64,000 bases of DNA. Origin: an uncultured Acidobacteriota bacterium. GTDB taxonomy: Bacteria; Acidobacteriota; Vicinamibacteria; Vicinamibacterales; JAKQTR01. The notes beneath the pieces are model-generated. The model was not told where the DNA came from, ran no database searches, and worked only from the letters and a program-made list of their open reading frames with translations. Position numbers and translations under genes: made by a program. Location: contig CAWEYM010000003.1 in assembly GCA_963813325.1 (NCBI GenBank), positions 834,449-898,448 of the forward strand. Reading direction: 5' to 3'. Below are positions 27,304 to 36,217 of the stretch, piece by piece (positions within the stretch are counted from its first letter, which is position 1; every line of letters begins with the position of its first letter).

Positions 27304-28005
27304 ATGGGGAAACTGCTCCTGTTCGACGTGGACGGCACGCTCGTGCTGTCGGGCGGCGCGGGGTTGCGCGGCATGGATCGGGCGTTCGACGCGGTGTTCG
27401 GCGTGAAGCACGCCCTGCAGGGCGTGCCGCTGGCCGGACGCACCGATCCCGCCATCCTGGCCGATGCCCTGGCGCGCGCCGGCATCCGCGAGCGGGACGG
27501 CGAGCGAGCGCGCTTCCGCGACGTGTATTTCTCAATGCTCGAGGACGAGATGGCGAAGCCGGCGCCCCCGGGCAGCGACGATCCCGCGCGGCCGCGCCAC
27601 TTCAAGGGCGTGCTGCCAGGCGTCCGCGACACGCTGGATGCCCTGGCCGCCCGCGACGACGTGTGGCTGGCGTTGCTCACGGGGAATTTCCCGCGCGGGG
27701 CGGAGATCAAGCTTGCCCACTTCGGCCTGTGGGACTACTTCCGCTGCGGCGCGTTCGGCGACGATGCGGCCGAGCGATGGGAACTGGTGGGCGTGGCTGT
27801 GAGCCGGGCGCGGGCGTGCGGCTGTCCGGAGATCCCGGCGTCGGACATCTGGGTAATTGGCGACACTCCGCTCGATGTCGCGGCCGCGCGGACGGCGGGG
27901 GTGCGGTCGCTGGCCGTGGCCACCGGCGGCTACGACGTCGCGGCGCTCGTCGCGGCGGGGCCGGACGTGGCGGTCGACCGGCTCTCGCCCGGCCTGATGC
28001 CGTAG
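27304..28005 (+). CDS. HAD family hydrolase (phosphoglycolate phosphatase-like)
   Basis: MGKLLLFDVDGTLV (motif I), LLTGN (motif II), and VIGDTPLDVAAA (motif IV). Confidence 0.85.
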   Translation: MGKLLLFDVDGTLVLSGGAGLRGMDRAFDAVFGVKHALQGVPLAGRTDPAILADALARAGIRERDGERARFRDVYFSMLEDEMAKPAPPGSDDPARPRHFKGVLPGVRDTLDALAARDDVWLALLTGNFPRGAEIKLAHFGLWDYFRCGAFGDDAAERWELVGVAVSRARACGCPEIPASDIWVIGDTPLDVAAARTAGVRSLAVATGGYDVAALVAAGPDVAVDRLSPGLMP

Positions 28006-28016
28006 GACGTGACGCG

Positions 28017-30545
28017 CTACAATCCCAGGCGCTGCCGCTTGAGATAGAGGCCCTTGCGCGACAGGCCGAGGTCGCGCGCGAGATCGGCCTGGTTGTGATC
28101 GCCGCCCGCCAGGGCGTGCTGCAGCACGGCGCGCTCGACGTGCTCGACGGCGGCCTGCAGGGGTTGATCGAGGCGGACGACGACGTGCGGCGACCCGACC
28201 GTCCGCTCGGTGGCGGGCACCGTGCGCCGGCTCGCAGCCAGCTCGGGCGACAGGTGCTCGGGCATCAGGACCGCGCCCGGCTCGGCCAGCGCCGCCAGGC
28301 GCCGCATCTCGTGGGCGAGCTGCCTGACGTTGCCCGGCCAGTTGTAGAGCAGCAGGTACTCGAGCGTCTCGTCGGCGATCCGCAGCCCGGGCTTGTCGAA
28401 CTCCTCCGCAAACTGCCTCAGGAACCGGTCGGTCAGCACCGGGATTTCCTCACGCCGCTCGCGCAGCGGCGGCACCCGCAGGTGGACGACGTTGAGGCGG
28501 TAGAAGAGATCCTCGCGGAAGCGTCCCTGGAGCACGAGCTGGCCCAGGTCCGCGTTGGTGGCGGCAATCACCCGCACGTTGACGTGGACCGGCTGCGTTT
28601 CGCCGAGCGGGTGCACTTCGCTGGAATCCAGGAACCGCAGCAGCTTGGGCTGGACATCCTGCGTGAGGTCGCCGATCTCGTCGAGGAAGAGCGTGCCGCC
28701 CTCGGCGCCGCGAATGACACCGGGGAACGCGTCGGCGGCGCCGGTGAACGCGCCACGGCGATAGCCGAACAGCTGGCTCTCGACCATGTCGCGCGGCACC
28801 GACGTGCAGTTGAACGGCACGAAGGCCGCGGACGCGCGGCGGGACGCTTCGTGGATGACGCGGGCGAGGACCTCCTTCCCGGTCCCGCTCTCCCCGGTGA
28901 GGAGCACGGTGACGGTGGTCGGCGCGATGCGCCTGGCGGTCGCGAGCAGGTCGAGCATCATCTGCGAGGCGAACACCCCGGAGCCCGCCTCGGCCGGTTC
29001 GTCCAGCGGCCACGCCGCAACGCCGGCGTCGGGTCCCGGGCGGGAGCCCTCCGGAGCGAGCGCGGCACGCGCTAACCGGGCGACGTTCATGCAGGTCATC
29101 CAGCAGGCGAACGACGGCCGGGGCCAGAGGGCCAGTTCCAGACGGCGTCCGGCGTCGGCTTCGAGCTGGATGCGGACGATGCGATTGGACGTGTCCGGTC
29201 CTGGCGACTCCGGTGTCCCGCACCAGACCAGGTGGTCCATCGCGTGGGTGCCGGTCTCGAGCGACAGGGCGCCGTGGTCGAGGCAGCCCGATCGGTGCAG
29301 CAGGCGCAGGAGCTCTTCCCCGAACACCGCCGGATGCGGCGCGAGGTCGAGCAAGCCCGCGACCGCCTGGAGCGTGCCGGCGTCGGACCGGGGCGCCTCG
29401 GGCACCAGCGGCGAGCACGCGTCCAGTCGGCAGCGGATGCGCGCCGGACGCAGGCCCGGGACCGGGTCGTCGATCGTCTCGTCGGCCGGCGCTGGCGACG
29501 CCCCGGCATACCAGTGCATCCACAGGCTGGCGGCGTAGTCTTCGACCGCGTCGAGGCGGGCCCGCGTGTGGCCGGTGCCCGCCAGCACGGCGAGGCCGCG
29601 CTCGAAGTGGTCGCAGGCGTCGCCGATGTCGCAAAGGCGCGCGGCGGCCAGCCCCTGCAGGCGCTCGACCTCGGCCAGCGCCCACGCGTCGCGGCCGTGG
29701 ACCGTGCCCGCGGCCGCACCGATCAGGGTGGTGGCCTCGTCGAACTCGTCCCGCGCGATGTGGGCGGCGGCCTGGAGGAAGCGGAACTGCCGGAGCATGG
29801 GTTCGTCGCCGCCCGCGGCGGCGAGGGCGGCCCCCGTGCGGGCGAGGTCGAGCGAGTCGCAGCTGTGTCCCTGCTGCTGCAGCATCCGCAGGCGGGTGAG
29901 CACGCACCAGCGTTCGTGCCAGTCCGGGTGGCTGAGCGACAGCTCGGCCACGGCTGACTGCATCCGCGTGATCAGCGCCTCGCAGGCGGGCCAGTCGCGC
30001 TGGGCGAGCTTGACGTCGGCGCACGAGTCCAGCAAGGCGATGTGCGCTTCGCCGCCGGGCTCGGCCAGGGTCAGCGCGTCTTCGAGGCAGCGCCAGGCGT
30101 CGTCGAACTCGCCGCGCGAGAGGTGGAGCGAGCCCAGATTGGCGAGGGCGGCGACGCGCGTCCGGTGGTGGCCCGACACGGTCGACAAGCGGAAGGCCTC
30201 GCGTGCGGCTTCCAGCGCCGTGTCGAAGCTGGACGACATGTAGTCCGCGCAGAAGTCCTGCAGTGCCGCCACGCCCTCGAGCCAGACATTGGGGAACTTG
30301 GCGAGAATCGCACGGGCAATGTGCGTGTGATGGCGCGAGGAGCCAACACGCCGCGCTGACCTTCGTTCCGCGGTGAAGAGGTGGAAGGCGGCCGTCAAGT
30401 CGAGGCTGTCCGAGTCGTGCCACGTTCCGCCGGATCTCGTCCGGAGATGCAATCGCCGCCTCGACGACCAGCATCGCGACCAAGAACCGACATCAGTCGC
30501 AATTTCGCCCAGTACGGTATTCGAGATTCTGCGCCCGCTCAGCAT
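28017..30545 (-). CDS. sigma-54-dependent transcriptional activator (bEBP) with a large helical/TPR-like N-terminal region
   Basis: The AAA+ core has Walker A LLTGESGTGKE, the GAFTGA loop and Walker B TLFLDEIG. The C-terminal Fis-type HTH is NQADLARDLGLSRKGLYLKRQRLGL. There is no receiver domain. The first 60-70 codons look non-coding, so the start is uncertain. Confidence 0.85.
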   Translation of the reverse strand: MLSGRRISNTVLGEIATDVGSWSRCWSSRRRLHLRTRSGGTWHDSDSLDLTAAFHLFTAERRSARRVGSSRHHTHIARAILAKFPNVWLEGVAALQDFCADYMSSSFDTALEAAREAFRLSTVSGHHRTRVAALANLGSLHLSRGEFDDAWRCLEDALTLAEPGGEAHIALLDSCADVKLAQRDWPACEALITRMQSAVAELSLSHPDWHERWCVLTRLRMLQQQGHSCDSLDLARTGAALAAAGGDEPMLRQFRFLQAAAHIARDEFDEATTLIGAAAGTVHGRDAWALAEVERLQGLAAARLCDIGDACDHFERGLAVLAGTGHTRARLDAVEDYAASLWMHWYAGASPAPADETIDDPVPGLRPARIRCRLDACSPLVPEAPRSDAGTLQAVAGLLDLAPHPAVFGEELLRLLHRSGCLDHGALSLETGTHAMDHLVWCGTPESPGPDTSNRIVRIQLEADAGRRLELALWPRPSFACWMTCMNVARLARAALAPEGSRPGPDAGVAAWPLDEPAEAGSGVFASQMMLDLLATARRIAPTTVTVLLTGESGTGKEVLARVIHEASRRASAAFVPFNCTSVPRDMVESQLFGYRRGAFTGAADAFPGVIRGAEGGTLFLDEIGDLTQDVQPKLLRFLDSSEVHPLGETQPVHVNVRVIAATNADLGQLVLQGRFREDLFYRLNVVHLRVPPLRERREEIPVLTDRFLRQFAEEFDKPGLRIADETLEYLLLYNWPGNVRQLAHEMRRLAALAEPGAVLMPEHLSPELAASRRTVPATERTVGSPHVVVRLDQPLQAAVEHVERAVLQHALAGGDHNQADLARDLGLSRKGLYLKRQRLGL

Positions 30546-31123
30546 TAGAGAGCGCTCTGTGAAATTGCTGATCAGCCTCGCTCAGGTGGCCGTGTTGCGC
30601 GCCACTAGACCGAAGGACCGCCACCGCACGGCAGCGAAGGCCCTCCGTTCGCCGTCCCTCGGTTGCGACGAGCTAGCGATAGCTCGTCGCGCCGTCCGTG
30701 TGCTCCGACAGTTCGGCGCGGAGTCGGCTCGGAATACCGGGCGACGGAACTCGCCGCTGCTTGAACGAGTTGGGTAAGTTCGGCCAGCGCCTCGCGAAAA
30801 CGCCCGAGTGACGCGAGGACCAGGACTTGCGGCGACGGCGCGTCCGGCATGGGCGCTCCTCGGTGCGTCGAGGCGCCGACCGCAGAGGGGGCAAGATGCG
30901 GTCGGCCGGTGGGTTCAGCGAAATCCCGCCCAGCATACGCACCGATAATCGGTGTCAAGAAGATCTGCCGAGGAGGGTCTGCCGGATCCCGTTGATGAGG
31001 GTTGTCAAGACAAGTGAGATTGCGGCCGCCGCGATCATAATCAGCCCGCACCGTGCGAAGCCGAAAACTCGCGTGGCGACCGGGACGCAGGATGAACCGC
31101 AGGAATAGTCTCAGGCTAGTGGG

Positions 31124-32797
31124 CTATTCTCCCCAGATGATCGAGTCGCCCCAAATGATCGAATTGCCCCAGATAATGGAATTACCCCAGATGATGGAAT
31201 CGCCCCAGATAATGGAGTCGCCCCAGATGATGGAATCGCCCCAGATGATGGAATTGCCCCAGATGATGGAATTGCCCCAGATGATGGAACTGCCCCAGAT
31301 AATGGAATGCCCCAGATGATCGAGTCGCCCCAAATGATGGAATCTGCCCCAGATGATCGAGTTACCCCAGATGATGCTGTGAATCCCGGCGCTAGCCTCG
31401 GACCCAGAGGCGAGCCACGAGGACTGCGGGATTCGCTCTGGCCACCTCCCGTGAGGCTTGGGTCCCTTCACCGCAATCCAGACCGCGCCCGGCACGTTCA
31501 GGCTGCCCGATCCACCGCCCACCAGGCCCGACGACGGCAGGAACGTCGACGCCAACTGCAGCGCCAGCTTCACGTGCAACGGCCCCAGCGTCGGGTTCGC
31601 CTGCAGCACCAGCGCCGCCGCCCCGCTCACCACCGCCGCCGCCTGGCTCGTCCCGCTCATCTGCATGTAGCCGCTCGCCCCGCGGCCCGCCACGTGCAAC
31701 TCCGGGTAGCTCAACGCCAGCACGCTGCCCGGCTCCTCCGCCGACACGACCCGGTTCCCCGGCGCCACCAGGTCCGGCTTCATCACGGTGTCGAGATACG
31801 TCGGCCCCCGCGAGCTGTACGTCGCCACTTCGTCGTCTGCCCGGTCCGGCGTGCCCTTCGTGTTCAGCGCGCCCACCGTGATCGCGTCCGGCGTGTTGCC
31901 CGGCGACGCGATGCCGCCCATCACGGCCGTCCCGTCCGCCGTCCGGCCGAAGTTCCCGGCCGAGGTCACGACGACAATGCCAGCCTGGATGGCCCGGTTC
32001 ACCGCCCCGCACAGCGGATCCTCGGTCCACGACTCGAACGGCGCGTGGCCGAGCGACAGGTTGATGATCCGGATGCGGTACCGCGCCCGGTTCTCGATGG
32101 TCCAGTCAATCGCGCGGATCACGTCGCTCGTCTGCCCGCTGCCGTCCGCGCCCAGCACCTTCAGCGACACGATGTACGCGCCCGGCGCGACGCCCCGGTA
32201 GTCCGCGCCGACGTTCTCGCGCGACGGCCCGCCCGCGATGATGTTCGCGACGTGCGTGCCGTGCCCGTAGATGTCCAGGCCCGGGCCCCGGCTGGCGGTG
32301 AAGTCCACCGCCGCCACGACCTTGCCCCGCAGCGCCGAGTGACTGGACATGCCCGAGTCGATCACCGCCACGCCCACGCCTCGCCCGGACAGGCCGCGGA
32401 TGCCTGCGAATCCCTCCCACGCGGTCTCGGCGCCAATGCCCTCCCGCGTCACCGCCATCGTCGCCCTCACCGTCGCGTCACCCGAGAGGTGATCGACCTC
32501 CGCGTCCCGCGCCGCGGCGTCGATCTGGCTGGCGTTGCCCTCGAGGACCGCGCCCGTCTTCAGCTGCTTCCGGATCCGCAGGCCGTACCGCGATGCCACC
32601 GCGCGAATCCGCGCGCGATTGCCTTCGACGATGACCGCCTGGGTCCGTGTCACGGGGGCCTGCAGCCAGGCCGCCAGGTCCCCGGACAGCCGCGCCCGGT
32701 GCTGCGCCGACGCCGGCATCGCGATCGCCAGCGCCGCCACCACGACCAGCACGCCCGCCAGCGCCCGTCCCCACGTCCGCCCCGACTTGGTCGCCAT
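31124..32797 (-). CDS. secreted S8 family serine peptidase (subtilase) with C-terminal (D/N/S)SIIWG hexapeptide array
   Basis: Signal peptide ALAGVLVVVAALAIAMPASAQ. Catalytic triad contexts are VAVIDSGM (Asp), GHGTHVANIIAG (His) and SGTSQAAAVVSGAAAL (Ser). The tail consists of SIIWG repeats. Confidence 0.88.
   Translation of the reverse strand: MATKSGRTWGRALAGVLVVVAALAIAMPASAQHRARLSGDLAAWLQAPVTRTQAVIVEGNRARIRAVASRYGLRIRKQLKTGAVLEGNASQIDAAARDAEVDHLSGDATVRATMAVTREGIGAETAWEGFAGIRGLSGRGVGVAVIDSGMSSHSALRGKVVAAVDFTASRGPGLDIYGHGTHVANIIAGGPSRENVGADYRGVAPGAYIVSLKVLGADGSGQTSDVIRAIDWTIENRARYRIRIINLSLGHAPFESWTEDPLCGAVNRAIQAGIVVVTSAGNFGRTADGTAVMGGIASPGNTPDAITVGALNTKGTPDRADDEVATYSSRGPTYLDTVMKPDLVAPGNRVVSAEEPGSVLALSYPELHVAGRGASGYMQMSGTSQAAAVVSGAAALVLQANPTLGPLHVKLALQLASTFLPSSGLVGGGSGSLNVPGAVWIAVKGPKPHGRWPERIPQSSWLASGSEASAGIHSIIWGNSIIWGRFHHLGRLDHLGHSIIWGSSIIWGNSIIWGNSIIWGDSIIWGDSIIWGDSIIWGNSIIWGNSIIWGDSIIWGE
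31131..31382. repeat. tandem 18-bp repeat array, about 14 units (consensus CCCCAGATGATGGAATYG on the + strand), inside the S8 gene
   Basis: I counted the units by hand. Unit 10 (31293-31309) is 17 nt and unit 12 (31328-31346) is 19 nt. All other units are 18 nt. Confidence 0.9.
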
Positions 32798-32882
32798 CGT
32801 CGCTCTCCGTAATCGCTCCGGCCGCGTCAGCGCCGGAACGCCGTGTGATGTGACGCCCCCAGATGGCCCCGGAGGTCCAGTT

Positions 32883-33086
32883 TCAGAACTTCTGCAGCCA
32901 GCACGCGCGGATCGAGTCCATCAGGATCCGCTGCGATCCGAGCCGTGTCCGCACGGTCTGCAACCGGCCCTCGCGGATCCAGTAGTAAATCGTTCTCCGG
33001 GATACGCGCAGAATCTGACCGGCCTGCTCGATGGAGACGCTGCGGAGTTGATTCTGCGTGAAGGGATCAAACTCGTCAGGCAGCAT
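32883..33086 (-). CDS. excisionase-family (MerR-like) helix-turn-helix DNA-binding protein
   Basis: 67 aa. SIEQAGQILRVSRRTIYYWIREGRLQTVR matches the excisionase/AlpA-type HTH pattern. No integrase is nearby. Confidence 0.7.
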   Translation of the reverse strand: MLPDEFDPFTQNQLRSVSIEQAGQILRVSRRTIYYWIREGRLQTVRTRLGSQRILMDSIRACWLQKF

Positions 33087-33400
33087 CGGTGGCTACACCT
33101 CCGGGTCGAGGTGTTGCGGAATCGATACCACATTCGGGGGGCCGGCACAGTATCTGTGCAAACGGCTGGCTGACTTAGGCTTATGGGGATTATCAGACGA
33201 ATTTCTTGTGCAACCTTGGGCCACTGATCGGCCAGTTTCTTAGCCGATCGGCCAATCCGTGGGGCTGCCGGACGGGGCACGCAATTGCCCGCGACTGCAC
33301 CCGGCCCGGCACGCAGGGCGCGCGGATCGGGCCGGCGCACCGCCCGCATGCTGCACGAGGGTGGGCGTCCGTCCGATACACGGCGTGGAGGGTCAGCCGG

Positions 33401-35164
33401 ATGGTGGGAACATCGCGCGTGTGGTGGGGCGGCGCCGCAGTCCTGGCGGCCGCCGCGATTGTCGGATTGGTGCTGGCCCGGCCCGCGCGGATGCCGGCCG
33501 GGGCGCCAGTGATCTCGCCGGGAATCCCGGCGGCCACCCCGCCCGGCGGCGGCGATCTGGTCGCCACGATTCGCAGCGAGCCGCGCTCCTTCAATCGTTA
33601 TACAAACCGCGATTTCGCTACCGAGTTGATTTCCCTGTTGACCCAGGCCCGCCTCGTCCGCGTGAACAAGGCAACCCAGGAGGTCGAGCCGTGGCTTGCC
33701 GACCGCTGGACGTGCGCGCCCGACGGCCTCACCTGCACCCTCTCCCTCCGGCGTGGCGTGACCTTCTCGGATGGCGTTCCGTTCACGTCGGCCGACGTGC
33801 TCTTCGCGTTCGAGGCCATCTACGATGAGGCGACCGGCAGCCCGCTGGCCGAATCCGTGGCGGTTGGCGGGAAGCAGATTCAGGCCAGCGCGCCCGATGC
33901 GTCGACGGTGGTGATCCGCTTCCCATCACCCTTCGGCCCGGGCCTGCGCATCCTCGACAACCTGCCGATTCTCCCGCGCCACGCGCTCGAGCCGGCGCTG
34001 CGGGCGGGCACCCTCCGCAAGGCCTGGGGTGTGGACACGAGGCCCGGGGATATCGTCGGGCTGGGTCCGTTCGTGCTGCGCGACTACCGGCCCGGCGAGC
34101 GTCTGGTGTTCGAGCGGAATCCCAGGTACTGGCGGACGGACGCGGCCGGCGGCCGGCTCCCGTATCTCGACCACCTCACGCTGGATGTGGTGCCGGATCA
34201 GAATGCCGAGTTGCTCCGCCTCGAGTCGGGTCAGGCCGACACGACGCAAAGCGAGGTACGCCCGGACGACTACGCGGTGCTCAAGCGCGCCGCGGACGCG
34301 GGCAGGGTGCGGTTGATGGACGCGGGCCTGGCCTTCGATTCGGACTGTCTCTGGTTCAACCTGAAGCCGGCGGCGAACGGCGATCCCGGGCGACCGTGGC
34401 TTCGGAGCCTCGAGTTGCGCCGCGCGGTCTCGCTCGCCGTCGATCGGCAGGCCTTCGTGAACACGGTGTTCCTCGGCGCGGCGGAGCCGATCTGGGGCCC
34501 GGTGTCGCCCTCCAACCGGACATGGTTTCCACCCCCCTCCGCCCTCGCTCCGCCGGTCAGGCCCTACGACCCGGAGGCCGCGCGCGCGCTGCTGGGCAGG
34601 CTCGGTCTACGGGACACGACCGGCGACGGCCTGCTCGAGGACGCGAATGGCCGGCCAGTCCGGTTCGCGCTGGTCACGCAGAAGGGCAACACCGCGCTCG
34701 AGCGCGGGGCCGGCGTGATCCGAGACGACCTAAAGAGGATTGGCGTCGGCGTCGACGTCGTGGCGCTCGAAGTCGGAGCGCTCGTCGATCGGATGTTGAA
34801 GGGCGACTACGACGCGATTTACTACCGGTTCCTGACGACGGACACCGATCCGGCCCTGAACCTCGACTTCTGGCTCAGCTCCGGCAGCGCGCACGTGTGG
34901 AACATGGAGCAGGCCCGGCCCGCCACGCCGTGGGAGCGCGAGCTGGATGCGCTGATGATCCGGCAGGCGGCCGAACCGGATCTCGCCACGCGCCAGCGGC
35001 TGTTCTGGCAGGCCCAGGGCATCCTGGCCGAGCACCTGCCGGTGCTGTATTTCGCGGTGCCGCAGGTGTTCGTGGCCACGAGCGTCCGGGTCCGAGGTGC
35101 CACGCCGGCGCCGGGCAGGCCGCCGCTGCTCTGGAACGCCGACCTGCTGGCCGTCGCGAAGTAG
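33401..35164 (+). CDS. ABC transporter substrate-binding protein, family 5 (peptide/nickel, DppA/OppA-like)
   Basis: Start moved to ATG 33401 (MVGTSRVWWGGAAVLAAAAIVGLVLA). Typical SBP_bac_5 features are LVRVNKATQEVEPWLA and RGVTFSDGVPFTSADV. Confidence 0.85.
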   Translation: MVGTSRVWWGGAAVLAAAAIVGLVLARPARMPAGAPVISPGIPAATPPGGGDLVATIRSEPRSFNRYTNRDFATELISLLTQARLVRVNKATQEVEPWLADRWTCAPDGLTCTLSLRRGVTFSDGVPFTSADVLFAFEAIYDEATGSPLAESVAVGGKQIQASAPDASTVVIRFPSPFGPGLRILDNLPILPRHALEPALRAGTLRKAWGVDTRPGDIVGLGPFVLRDYRPGERLVFERNPRYWRTDAAGGRLPYLDHLTLDVVPDQNAELLRLESGQADTTQSEVRPDDYAVLKRAADAGRVRLMDAGLAFDSDCLWFNLKPAANGDPGRPWLRSLELRRAVSLAVDRQAFVNTVFLGAAEPIWGPVSPSNRTWFPPPSALAPPVRPYDPEAARALLGRLGLRDTTGDGLLEDANGRPVRFALVTQKGNTALERGAGVIRDDLKRIGVGVDVVALEVGALVDRMLKGDYDAIYYRFLTTDTDPALNLDFWLSSGSAHVWNMEQARPATPWERELDALMIRQAAEPDLATRQRLFWQAQGILAEHLPVLYFAVPQVFVATSVRVRGATPAPGRPPLLWNADLLAVAK

Positions 35165-35239
35165 TGGTGGCCATGGTTCGCGTCCCGTGATCGAATCCCG
35201 ATTCACCGCTGACGTTCCCCGGTATGATCGCCCCGGCCC

Positions 35240-36217
35240 ATGTTGACCTATCTGGCGCGGCGCCTGGGGTTCGCGTTGCTGCTCGTGTTCGTGGTGTCTT
35301 CGGCGTCGCTCCTGCTGACGCTCCTGTCGCCGGGCGACATCGCGTCGGAGCTGGCCGGCGTCGGGGCGTCGCGGCAGGCGATCGCGGCCGAGCGCGCCCG
35401 GCTCGGCCTGGACCGGCCGCTCGGCGAGCAGTACGTCGCCTGGCTCGGCCGCGCGGCACGATTCGACTTCGGTACGTCCCTCATGTACGGCCGACCCGTG
35501 GCCGGCCTGGTCGGTGAACGGGCGCGCAACACGGCCCTGCTGGCGACGATCGCGCTCGTGGCGGCCACCCTGGTCGGGCTGCCGCTCGGGGTGGTCGCCG
35601 GATCCGCCCGTCAGGGTCTGTGGGTGATCGCGATCCGAGGCGTGTCGCTCGTCGCGCTGTCGCTCCCGTCGCTGGTCACATCGCTCCTCTTCGTCTTCAT
35701 CGCCGCGCGGACCGGGTGGTTTCCGACCGGGGGGATGACGTCGCTTGCGCCCGCCTCCGGAGGATGGGCGGCCTGGGCCGCCGACGTCGCCCATCACCTG
35801 GTCGTGCCGGCGACGGCGCTCGCCTTGCCTGTTGCGGCGATGCTCGAGCGGCTCCAGGCCCAGGCCATGGCGGAGACGCTCCGGGAGCCCTTCGTCCACG
35901 CCGGCGCCGCCCGGGGCGCGTCGCAGCGCCGCCTGATCTGGCGCTCCGCGTTGAAGCCTGCCGTCCGCCCGGTCATCGCGGTGTACGGCGTCATTCTGGG
36001 CACGCTCCTCAGCGGGTCGTTCGTCGTCGAGATCGTGACCTCGTGGCCCGGGCTCGGCCGGTTGATGTACGACGGGCTCCGCGCGCGCGACCTCTACCTG
36101 GTGTCCGGGTGCGCGGCGGCCGGTGGCGCCTTCCTGGCGCTGGGCGGGCTGCTGTCGGACCTGGCGCTGGTCCTGATCGATCCGGGTGTCCGCGACCGCG
36201 TGGAGCCCGAGCGATGA
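35240..36217 (+). CDS. ABC transporter permease (DppB/OppB-like)
   Basis: N-terminus MLTYLARRLGFALLLVFVVSSASLLL, six TM segments, and an EAA-like loop (ARGASQRRLIWRSALKPA). Confidence 0.88.
   Translation: MLTYLARRLGFALLLVFVVSSASLLLTLLSPGDIASELAGVGASRQAIAAERARLGLDRPLGEQYVAWLGRAARFDFGTSLMYGRPVAGLVGERARNTALLATIALVAATLVGLPLGVVAGSARQGLWVIAIRGVSLVALSLPSLVTSLLFVFIAARTGWFPTGGMTSLAPASGGWAAWAADVAHHLVVPATALALPVAAMLERLQAQAMAETLREPFVHAGAARGASQRRLIWRSALKPAVRPVIAVYGVILGTLLSGSFVVEIVTSWPGLGRLMYDGLRARDLYLVSGCAAAGGAFLALGGLLSDLALVLIDPGVRDRVEPER

Noticed and set aside
30605-30850. Small minus-strand ORF (MPDAPSPQVLVLASLGRFREALAELTQLVQ...) and other ORFs in the 30546-31123 gap (30373..30777, 30673..30942, 30827..31108).
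   Set aside because: They have no recognisable motifs, no SD, mutually overlapping frames and atypical composition. I kept this only as a possible remnant in the finding on the gap.
31053-31319. Plus-strand ORFs across the 18-bp array (SPQMIESPQMIELPQIMELPQMMES..., 31053..31319 and the start of 31307..32812).
   Set aside because: These are mirror-frame readings of the repeat. The minus-strand frame is continuous with a complete S8 catalytic domain and ends at a stop right after the array, so that frame is the coding one.
31131-31382. Whether the 18-bp array, or the 22-bp array at 48936-49086, could be a CRISPR locus.
   Set aside because: The units are directly adjacent with no unique spacers, they are shorter than CRISPR repeats, and no cas genes are present. 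One array lies inside a coding sequence.
33144-33160. Sigma-54-like GGCACAGTATCTGTGCA on the + strand upstream of the ABC substrate-binding gene.
   Set aside because: The GG to GC spacing is 12 nt instead of the required 10, so it is not a credible -24/-12 promoter.
33200-33260. Twice-occurring GATCGGCCA 9-mer (33217-33225 and 33245-33253) upstream of the ABC operon, as a possible operator.
   Set aside because: It is only two short direct copies in GC-rich DNA. There is no palindromic symmetry and no adjacent regulator that it could be linked to, so it is not distinguishable from chance.
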